From Clostridiales bacterium (lineage in GTDB: Bacteria; Bacillota; Clostridia; Saccharofermentanales; DTU023): a stretch of DNA of 64,000 nt. Of the stretch, positions 28,632 to 35,844 are shown piece by piece. The number at the start of each line of letters is the position of its first letter. The first letter of the stretch is position 1. A program made the translations under genes and the position numbers. Location of the stretch: assembly GCA_004556925.1 (NCBI GenBank), contig SFFI01000003.1, positions 34,187 through 98,186 on the forward strand, in the 5' to 3' direction. The notes under the pieces were generated by a model. That model did no database searches, was not told the origin of the DNA, and saw only the letters and a program-made list of their open reading frames with translations.

Positions 28632-29558
28632 CTAGGATAGGGCCATGAAGACCAAGATCACCAGGCCCAGAGCAATGCGGTAATAGGCAAAACCGCGGAA
28701 AGAGTGGCTGCGGACATAGGCTAAGAAATACTTAATCGTGGCTAATGAGGTCGCGAAGGCGACGAGGCAGGCCAGGAGCAAGGCCAAGACCTCCATGCTG
28801 CTTGCAGAGACAGGCAGGCGTAAGAGCTTGAGCAGGGAGGCTCCTGCCATGACAGGGATAGCCAAATAGAAGGAAAACTCCGAGGCTGCAGGTCGGCTAA
28901 GACCCAGGATCAAGCCGCCAATAATACAGGCGCCCGACCGAGAGACTCCGGGAAAAACCCCAGCGAGCATTTGGAAGCAGCCGATCAAGACCGCAATTTG
29001 CCAGGTAATTTGCCTATGGCTGGTAATCGTGGGGCTTTGACCTTCCTGCCACTTTTCTACCAGCAGGAAGACCAGGGCCACAAGGATCAGGGCCAGGGCC
29101 ACAGACAAGGGATTATAGAAATGCTTTTCAAAAAATTCGTCCAGGCATACCCCCACAATCCCTGCCGGCACACAGGCTAGGAGGATTTTCCCCCAAAGCG
29201 CAAGGATATCCAAATTCCATGCCCACCGGGAACCCCAAGGGTGAAAGCGGGCCTGCACAGGGTGCTGAGGCTGGTAGCAGTTATTGGGGAAATTACCATG
29301 AGGTCTTGATCCTGCTAGCTTGGCCTGGCTTTTAAGGGGCCAGAGCTGGGGCCAAAAGTAGATCACCACAGCTAGGATAGCTGCGAGTTGAATAACGATA
29401 CGGAAAAGGGCCAAAAACTCTGGAGAGAGTTGAAGGGGTAAGAGTTTTTCCAGCAGGATAAGGTGGCCCGTTGAAGATACCGGCAGCCATTCTGTGATGC
29501 CTTCCACGATGCCATAGACAATAAGTTTGAGAATTTCCCAGAGATCCATGGGCTTCAT
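28632..29558 (-). CDS. uppP: undecaprenyl-diphosphate phosphatase
   Basis: 308 aa. EGITEWLPVSSTGHLIL and PGVSRSGA motifs. Contains an atypical ~40-aa insertion (KLAGSRPHGNFPNNCYQPQHPVQARFHPWG...). Confidence 0.85.
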   Translation of the reverse strand: MKPMDLWEILKLIVYGIVEGITEWLPVSSTGHLILLEKLLPLQLSPEFLALFRIVIQLAAILAVVIYFWPQLWPLKSQAKLAGSRPHGNFPNNCYQPQHPVQARFHPWGSRWAWNLDILALWGKILLACVPAGIVGVCLDEFFEKHFYNPLSVALALILVALVFLLVEKWQEGQSPTITSHRQITWQIAVLIGCFQMLAGVFPGVSRSGACIIGGLILGLSRPAASEFSFYLAIPVMAGASLLKLLRLPVSASSMEVLALLLACLVAFATSLATIKYFLAYVRSHSFRGFAYYRIALGLVILVFMALS

Positions 29559-29693
29559 CCGCCTTTGTTTTTGTTAAGCTTTTGTACTTTATGAGTTGGA
29601 CCTTGCCGGTCCCACCTTGCTCATTATAACTAAAATCTCCGGTTATAAGTTGGCTTTCAGCTGGCCAGAAGTGAGGCAGACATTGGCAAGAAG

Positions 29694-30320
29694 TTGGCCA
29701 AGAAATCGGCCACCCTGAGTTTTATCCAAGCAGGCTTTGCTATAATGAGCCTTATGGCAAGTACTAGGAGGCCGAGCACCTCTCCCCGTTCCGGGCAAAA
29801 ATCTTCTAAAGGCCGGGCCCAGCAAAGCCCGGATAAAATGCGGTCATGGCGCATGCTACTTAAGCTAGTCGGGGGCCTTTATTTACTTGTCCTGTATTTT
29901 ACTTTCACCTTTAAGTGGATACCGATAGTCCATCCCCTCGCAGACTTACAACTGAGGCCCTTGCCTCTGCAGGATACGCCACCTCTCAACCTTGTCCCCT
30001 TCCACTCTATCTCATGCTATTGGCAGAGCCTCAAAAGTGACCCATTCCACCACACCAGCATTTTGAATCTCTGGGGCAACATTCTCGCCTTTGTTCCCTT
30101 AGGCCTCTTCATGCCTCTCTCCCTCGCAGGGAACCTAGCTTACCTAAGGAGCCTATTAACAGGTTTTTTACTGACCCTCAGCATAGAACTGACCCAGCTT
30201 GTATTAGCCGTTGGCGTTTGGGATATAGATGATATACTTTTAAACTTGACAGGTGTAGCCGTGGGATTGATCCTTTCAGTCCCTTTACGGTTTTTCCTGG
30301 CCAAATATTTGAGGGAGTAA
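29694..30320 (+). CDS. VanZ family membrane protein
   Basis: NLVPFHSI, NLWGNILAFVPLG and WDIDDILLNLTGVAVG motifs. The start is uncertain: in-frame Met codons at 29745, 29754 and 29838 are alternatives. Confidence 0.7.
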   Translation: MAKKSATLSFIQAGFAIMSLMASTRRPSTSPRSGQKSSKGRAQQSPDKMRSWRMLLKLVGGLYLLVLYFTFTFKWIPIVHPLADLQLRPLPLQDTPPLNLVPFHSISCYWQSLKSDPFHHTSILNLWGNILAFVPLGLFMPLSLAGNLAYLRSLLTGFLLTLSIELTQLVLAVGVWDIDDILLNLTGVAVGLILSVPLRFFLAKYLRE

Positions 30321-30330
30321 GTGCTGGTAA

Positions 30331-31713
30331 ATGAAAGATATGGTGTTGGATACTAAGGAAAAGAGAATCTTGAAGCGTCAATTTTGGGACCTGGCCTACC
30401 CAAGTATTATTGCCTTTACCCTGCAAGGCTTTTACGACATCATCGACATGATGTGGGTCGGCAAAATTTCCAAGGAAGCCATAGCGGGGGTCACCCTTTT
30501 TTCCGTTATCTATGCCCTGTTTGGGGTCTTAAACGAGGTCGCCGGCGCTTCTTCCGTTTCTATGATTTCCCAATCCTATGGCCGCGGGACGGAAGAAAGA
30601 ACGCAAACCATCTCGGAGCAGACGATTTCCTTTAAGGTCGTCCTGGCCATTATTACGGGAACATTGATTTACCTGAGCCTGGACCCTATTCTCAATTGGT
30701 TTTCTTCCGATCCCCTAGTCATCCAAGCCGCTAAAGATTATGGGATTATTCGGACCTTTGCCCTGCCCATCGCTTTTTCTTCTTATTCGGTTAACACCAT
30801 CTTCCGCTGCACGGGCGACTCCAAGACGCCCATGAAGGTTATGCTGATTGCTACAGCCATCAATATGGTCCTGGACCCCCTCCTCATGTTCAACTGTATC
30901 CCCCTAGGTCCCTATGAACTAAAGGGCTTTGGCCTGGGCGTTTATGGGGCCGGCCTAGCTACCGTCATTTCCATCTGCATCTCCTTTGGCCTGGGCTTCT
31001 TCATCCTCGTGACCGGGCGCCGAGATGTAACCATCAGCATGCGAGGGCTTCTCCGCCTGGATAAAGAAATTGACCTTCAACTCCTCTCCATTGGCCTGCC
31101 AGCTGGCGGTCAGCTCCTCATCCGTCAAGCCTTCAACACCCTGCTCATGGGCTTTATCACGTCTTATGGCACTCTAGCCGTCACCATCTTTGGCCTGGGA
31201 ACCAAGCTCGTCCAATTTTCCTTCTCCTCCATGGCAGGCTTCTCTTTTGCTGGCTCCACCATGGTGGGCCACGCCCTGGGCCGCGAACATGTGGAAGAGG
31301 CCTCCTATTTGGCCCGAGTCGCCACGACCATCATTGTGACCATCATCGGGACCATCGCTGGCCTGGCTATGCTCTTTCCCAGAACCTTCCTGGGCTTCTT
31401 TAATACCGATCCGGCTGTCTTAACAGCCGGAAGTCCCATGCTACGCTGGCTTGCTGCCTCCATGATTATCGCCGCCTTTGGGTCCGGTATGCGGATTGTC
31501 TTTTCTGGCTCCGGCTTCAACCGCCCCGTGCTAATCTCCACCATTATCTCGCGCTGGCTAGTCCAACTCCCCCTCATGTACGTTTTCGTCAAAATCCTCC
31601 AAGTCCCCTTGAATACCCTCTGGATCTCTTTCATCATCGCAGAGCTGGCCGACTTGGCCGTCGTTGTCTACTACTTCCGCCGCGGCGATTGGAAGCTGAA
31701 ACGCGTTGGCTAG
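30331..31713 (+). CDS. MATE family efflux transporter
   Basis: 460 aa, 12 predicted TM helices. N-terminus LAYPSIIAFTLQGFYDIIDMMWVGKISKEAIAG is typical of the MATE/NorM family. Confidence 0.85.
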   Translation: MKDMVLDTKEKRILKRQFWDLAYPSIIAFTLQGFYDIIDMMWVGKISKEAIAGVTLFSVIYALFGVLNEVAGASSVSMISQSYGRGTEERTQTISEQTISFKVVLAIITGTLIYLSLDPILNWFSSDPLVIQAAKDYGIIRTFALPIAFSSYSVNTIFRCTGDSKTPMKVMLIATAINMVLDPLLMFNCIPLGPYELKGFGLGVYGAGLATVISICISFGLGFFILVTGRRDVTISMRGLLRLDKEIDLQLLSIGLPAGGQLLIRQAFNTLLMGFITSYGTLAVTIFGLGTKLVQFSFSSMAGFSFAGSTMVGHALGREHVEEASYLARVATTIIVTIIGTIAGLAMLFPRTFLGFFNTDPAVLTAGSPMLRWLAASMIIAAFGSGMRIVFSGSGFNRPVLISTIISRWLVQLPLMYVFVKILQVPLNTLWISFIIAELADLAVVVYYFRRGDWKLKRVG

Positions 31714-31714
31714 G

Positions 31715-31915
31715 GAGTAGCGAAGGCTATGATGCTTTGGTTTTGCGGATTCTCCGGCAAAATTGCAACTAATGGGTGAGCCGCCGGACAAGTTTGCGAC
31801 TAGTGGATGGTTAAAAAGGCAAATCTGCAAGTAATGGGTACTTTAGGCCCTGAAACTCATCCGTTACTTGCAAATTCGTCTGAGAAACCAGGAAACCGAG
31901 ATCAAGGGCAAGATA
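31715..31915. repeat. left inverted arm (arm A) bracketing the AT-rich segment
   Basis: About 80 percent identical to the reverse complement of 35190..35425 over the core. Contains the 16-bp motif at 31763..31778, 31794..31809 and 31825..31840 (direct, 31-bp phasing) and at 31858..31873 (inverted). Boundaries are approximate. Confidence 0.85.
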
Positions 31916-32013
31916 AAGAAGGAGATAAAGAGCAAGTAACACCAATCAAGTGGGTACCGAAATGAAGTGCTTAAGTTGGGACTGAGGCATGTCGCCATAA
32001 AATAATTAATTCT

Positions 32014-33627
32014 TCACTGGCTGCCTATTGCTAGAGTTTTATTATAATTAATATTTGTATGCGATCCATGCTGGACAAAGAAAATGATTTTATCTCTTTT
32101 ACCGATAATTTCATTTACTTTTTGCTTATATAGGCAAGTACCTGCCACATCCAAGCCGGCATCTACCTCATCCAATATAAGAACCGAAGCAGACTCCATG
32201 CGTAAAAATAAAGTTGCCAGTTGAATCCTTTTGCGCTGGCCGAAGGATATATTATTCCCCTCACTCTGAATAGTTTTATGCAGATCCAACTCTTTAATGA
32301 TCTCTAAAGCCTCAGGATCCGCCTCTTGGCTGATGTCTTTACCCGTAAATACACGAAGGTAATTAAGGATAGAATCGGTGATATATCCGTCATTTTGCCC
32401 GATATAGACAATCTCCTGGTTAACGGCAGTCGGATCGTAGACTTCCAGAGATTGATTATTAAGCTTAACATTTCCGCTTAAAGGCTTATACACTCCCTGC
32501 AAAAGCTTAAACATCGTGCTTTTTCCTGCCCCGTTTGGGGCAATCACTTTGATGCAGTCACCCCTCTCAAATTTGAAGTTAATGTTGTCCAACAAATACT
32601 CTGCCCGATCGCCATAGCCAAAACACACATTGATGAACTCTACACTTTCAATCCTTGACAAGCTTTTCTGCCCTGTTTTCAGGGGGAGTTTCCGTAGCTG
32701 ATCAATCTGGCGGAAGGCACCATATGAAGATAAAATTTGAAAATAGAGCTGGTCAATTTTGCTGATGTTCCCGATGACGATATTTGAAATTGACATGATA
32801 AAAACTAAATCGACAAGTGTATTTTGGGGATTAATCGTGATAAAGGCAAACAAAGCAAGGCTAAAAATAGAATTGATATGCCTTAATAAATTCGAGTAAA
32901 AGACTTGTTTATTATCTAGCGCTTTAGCTGTCTGTATAAAATCTTGTATTGCTTCTGTTGTTTTAGCCTGATAATAACCCAATATATTATTGGATTGAAC
33001 CCTATCCATTTGCGAAGAAAAATCTCTGCAAATTGCACTATGGCTTTTCATCTTGCTATTGATGGTTTCAGAAGCCTCTTTCATTATTTCTCGCGTTTTA
33101 TTCGCAATCAAGAGGCCTAAAAGAAATCCTACGGATAATAACACGGCTACGACAATATTATGGAAGGCTGTAATCAGTATAGCCGTAATGACAATCGCCA
33201 AGGAACTGATAAGAGCCGCCGAATGATGTCCAATCACCCGAAAGGCATCTAAGACATCATTATAAATAATATTATATATTTTATCGCGTCCCACTTGATC
33301 AATTTCAGCCCCGTATGTAAATGCTAATCGACTTTCAAGGGTGAGGGTTAGCTGTAAGATATAGTTTCCGCCAAAATCATCCAAGGCCCTGTACCACAAA
33401 ACGTCAATAAGATTCACAAACAGCAGGATGGCTGAATATGAGGCGATACCCACACCGAGAAATAACCATTGATCAGCCTGTAGGCTCAAGGCATCTAAAA
33501 AATGTTTGATCGCAAGCGGGATAATTGCCTGTACCAGCGTATTAATGAATGCCAGCACAAACACTTTCCCAAAAAGCTTGGGATACAAGCAAATGGCTTC
33601 TTTCAAATACTTTATAATCAGCTTCAT
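32014..33627 (-). CDS. ABC exporter half-transporter (N-terminal six-TM domain fused to NBD)
   Basis: 537 aa. Walker A APNGAGKST, degenerate signature ISFGQRKR, Walker B LILDEVDAGLD. Markedly AT-rich compared with neighbouring genes. No N-terminal peptidase domain. Confidence 0.8.
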   Translation of the reverse strand: MKLIIKYLKEAICLYPKLFGKVFVLAFINTLVQAIIPLAIKHFLDALSLQADQWLFLGVGIASYSAILLFVNLIDVLWYRALDDFGGNYILQLTLTLESRLAFTYGAEIDQVGRDKIYNIIYNDVLDAFRVIGHHSAALISSLAIVITAILITAFHNIVVAVLLSVGFLLGLLIANKTREIMKEASETINSKMKSHSAICRDFSSQMDRVQSNNILGYYQAKTTEAIQDFIQTAKALDNKQVFYSNLLRHINSIFSLALFAFITINPQNTLVDLVFIMSISNIVIGNISKIDQLYFQILSSYGAFRQIDQLRKLPLKTGQKSLSRIESVEFINVCFGYGDRAEYLLDNINFKFERGDCIKVIAPNGAGKSTMFKLLQGVYKPLSGNVKLNNQSLEVYDPTAVNQEIVYIGQNDGYITDSILNYLRVFTGKDISQEADPEALEIIKELDLHKTIQSEGNNISFGQRKRIQLATLFLRMESASVLILDEVDAGLDVAGTCLYKQKVNEIIGKRDKIIFFVQHGSHTNINYNKTLAIGSQ

Positions 33628-33819
33628 CTGTTTTTACCTTACCTAGCGACTAGGTTTGACGCTTCATATACCCCGCACTCTGTCAAGTGGACTCTACACC
33701 TGGTGGGCAGAGCTGACCACCCAAAAGTCCTCCTTTGGGCTCTCGGGGACTAGCCATTTATCCTAAGCTTCCACTCCCTATTTCACCTGGAAACTTTGCT
33801 TTATTTACCAGAAGAAAGT

Positions 33820-34245
33820 CTATAGATTTTTATCCCGGTTGTAAACAAACCAGCCACAAGCAAGGAAAGGAATAAGTAGCAAAAAAATTGCAGGTTTTTT
33901 TTCTGCAGAGGAGGTGATAAATAGATAACTAGCAATGCCCATGGCAAGTGTCGAAAACACGAGCAAAAGAAACAAGCTAATCCAAGCTCTTTTCTTTGTT
34001 CTTGCCAGTTTAGCAATTAACAATTGACCTATTAAATTTAAGAGGATTACGCCATAAAAAACGAATAAAAAAAACATCTTATTCTGATACCCTGCCCAGT
34101 TTTGATGACTTTCTTTAATTTCGTAATTAAATTGATAAAGACGGATATCGTGAACAAATAGCATAGATATTAAGGCTGCTCCCATAGCCAGCGCATATTT
34201 TTGCCAGGTATAGCGGAAAAAAGAAAACTTATCTGGGTTATCCAT
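33820..34245 (-). CDS. small four-TM membrane protein (possible immunity/accessory protein)
   Basis: 141-aa ORF with four hydrophobic helices (YALAMGAALISMLFV, MFFLFVFYGVILLNLIGQLLIA, AWISLFLLLVFSTLAMGIASYLFI, PAIFLLLIPFLACGWFVY). The ATG lies 4 nt after the stop of the upstream micro-ORF. Confidence 0.6.
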   Translation of the reverse strand: MDNPDKFSFFRYTWQKYALAMGAALISMLFVHDIRLYQFNYEIKESHQNWAGYQNKMFFLFVFYGVILLNLIGQLLIAKLARTKKRAWISLFLLLVFSTLAMGIASYLFITSSAEKKPAIFLLLIPFLACGWFVYNRDKNL

Positions 34246-34249
34246 ACTG

Positions 34250-34390
34250 TTAAACCATATATATTAGCTGTTTAGTTTCTGTGTTCGGCTGTGAAGGGTC
34301 ATTGGTGGCAAAAACAATCGAAGGTGCAATATAATAAATAGATAAAGTTATAACAAGGGTTAACAAGCAAATTTGTTGGATCTTCTTCAT
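34250..34390 (-). CDS. 46-aa secreted or membrane micro-protein (signal peptide plus 18-aa polar tail)
   Basis: Manual translation gives MKKIQQICLLTLVITLSIYYIAPSIVFATNDPSQPNTETKQLIYMV. RBS GAGGA lies 8 nt upstream of the ATG. Too short for the ORF track. Coding status is unproven. Confidence 0.4.
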   Translation of the reverse strand: MKKIQQICLLTLVITLSIYYIAPSIVFATNDPSQPNTETKQLIYMV

Positions 34391-34545
34391 ATGTAGCATC
34401 CTCATTTGAAATAAATTATATTAATTTTGTTAATAGTATATAACTTTGTTTAAGTGAGCATCAAATGAAAGATGTGCACAGCGTCAGCGCGAACTTCCCT
34501 ACGCTCTCGAACCAAAGCTTTCCGGCTGTGATACTCAAAATAGAA

Positions 34546-34851
34546 CTACGTCAATAAATTCTCGTTGTAAACCTTTAAACCAATGGCCCACATATCGCGA
34601 ACCATCTCACTTGCGACAGCTACCTTTGCGACATTTATTTTCTTGCCCTTAGAAATTAAATGTCGGAATCGCTTATAGTGCCGCATATTACACTTGCGCG
34701 CTTCAGCGTCCACTTCTGGTGAAACTTCATGACCTGTACGCATCGTTTTCATATACAAATCGCATAGGTTCTGACAAACGCGTTTTTGTCCATTCAAGGA
34801 TGTCGTACGCGCTTGGACAGTTATTAAGACGTCCATGAATCTCTTTTCCAT
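34546..34851 (-). pseudogene. C-terminal remnant of an IS110-family (DEDD) transposase
   Basis: 101-aa ORF ending ...YKRFRHLISKGKKINVAKVAVASEMVRDMWAIGLKV, which resembles the conserved IS110 C-terminus (...GK..KVA.VAVARK....W..L). An in-frame TGA lies immediately upstream and no N-terminal catalytic domain is present. Confidence 0.4.
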
Positions 34852-35189
34852 TCATGAGGTCTTTTGCAGATAATGTAATGGATCATGCATGCTGGTCCAA
34901 GGCAATAACAGATGCAAATCCGTCCGTATCATGTATTCTTTCATTGAAGCCCCTCCCTGTTTGCGGCAATTACATCCGCGTGGATTTTTGTTCTTACACC
35001 AAGCGTATTGTTTCTGGCCTGCGTGTCAACAGATAGGGCTTTTCTTTGCTCAGGTGCGGGGTATATCGTCTACATGTAAACAATAATACCTATTCTAAAG
35101 CTAAAGTAAAAAGTAAGTTCCATTACAGGCCATGCTGGCTGGTTAAAGCCTGTGGAAATCGCCAATAGTAGTGAGGACTTTTGGCCTAG

Positions 35190-35425
35190 CTGATGCCTGC
35201 CTTCCCTTCCTATTACTTCGGTTTTCTTAGATTTCGGACAAATTTGCAGGTAATGGATGGGTTTACTCTCAGAAACAGAGGCCAAACCACCCATTACTTG
35301 CTTATTTGCCCGCGTTTCCATCCACTAGCTGCAAACTTGTCCGACTGGCCACCCATTAGTTGCAAAAATGCCAGAAAATTCGAAAATCCAAACTACAACA
35401 GGCTCAGGGCACACACTACTAGCGA
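35190..35425. repeat. right inverted arm (arm B) bracketing the AT-rich segment
   Basis: Reverse-complement homolog of arm A. Motif copies at 35244..35259 (forward) and 35288..35303, 35319..35334, 35350..35365 (reverse, 31-bp phasing). Confidence 0.85.
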
Positions 35426-35513
35426 TATTGACCAAAAATCCGAAAAACCCAACTAGCCCTTCTCTCAAGGAAAGCTATAAGTTAATACAGTCGATGCCAA
35501 TTTATTAATATAA

Positions 35514-35643
35514 ATTTTTGAGGCTTGATTAAATTATGGTCGGGGCGCATGAACTGTCAATGGCGCCTTCGGCGCCGCATAGCGGTCACAGACCATTGAC
35601 AGTTCGTGAAGCTCGGCCTAGAAAGTTAACAAGCCTCAAAAAT
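35514..35643. repeat. 130-nt long imperfect palindrome / hairpin (MITE-like or structured RNA)
   Basis: The outer 14-bp stem ATTTTTGAGGCTTG (35514..35527) pairs with CAAGCCTCAAAAAT (35630..35643). The inner 13-bp stem GAACTGTCAATGG (35551..35563) pairs with CCATTGACAGTTC (35593..35605). Two small GC hairpins lie at the apex. Confidence 0.8.
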
Positions 35644-35768
35644 CTGTGGTCTGTAAGACTTAATTCCTATTGGATTTTACTGAAAGACTAAATGCAACTC
35701 CCCATCCTTAGTGTGAAACTTACTTTTTCACTTTAGCCCTAGTTAATACCCAAGTCGGGCGTACTCAT

Positions 35769-35802
35769 AAAAAGGGCTGCCTCTGTTGGAGGCAGCCCTT
35801 TT
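35769..35802 (-). terminator. intrinsic terminator after ppdK (potentially bidirectional)
   Basis: AAGGGCTGCCTC-(5 nt)-GAGGCAGCCCTT flanked by an A-run and a T-run, about 45 nt after the ppdK stop. Confidence 0.85.
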
Positions 35803-35844
35803 GTTTGGGGTAATTTCTTTTTGCGCGTTGGCTACTAAGCCGAA

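Noticed and set aside
31558-31830. 90-aa minus ORF across arm A, with matching ORFs 35070..35321 (minus) and 35193..35456 (plus) across arm B
   Set aside because: The repeat period is 31 bp, not a multiple of 3. Successive motif copies are therefore read in different frames (THYLL, HPLAA, PISC). The apparent peptide similarity between the arms only reflects nucleotide homology, and the region is treated as non-coding.
31763-31840. Possible mini-CRISPR array (16-bp repeats with ~15-bp spacers)
   Set aside because: Repeats and spacers are far too short, there are only three units, the repeats are imperfect, and the same spacers recur in the inverted arm. No cas genes are in the window.
33673-35065. 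13-bp inverted match (ATATACCCCGCAC at 33673..33685 against 35053..35065), plus a 12-bp inverted match (33721..33732 against 35172..35183)
   Set aside because: The matches are short, are not collinear as a true inverted repeat would be, and are of a length expected by chance in 64 kb.
35536-35691. 51-aa plus-strand ORF (MVGAHELSMAPSAPHSGHRPLTVREARPRKLTSLKNLWSVRLNSYWILLKD) running through the long hairpin
   Set aside because: It has no convincing RBS. Its composition is dictated by the palindrome, which is more likely a nucleic-acid element than a coding one.
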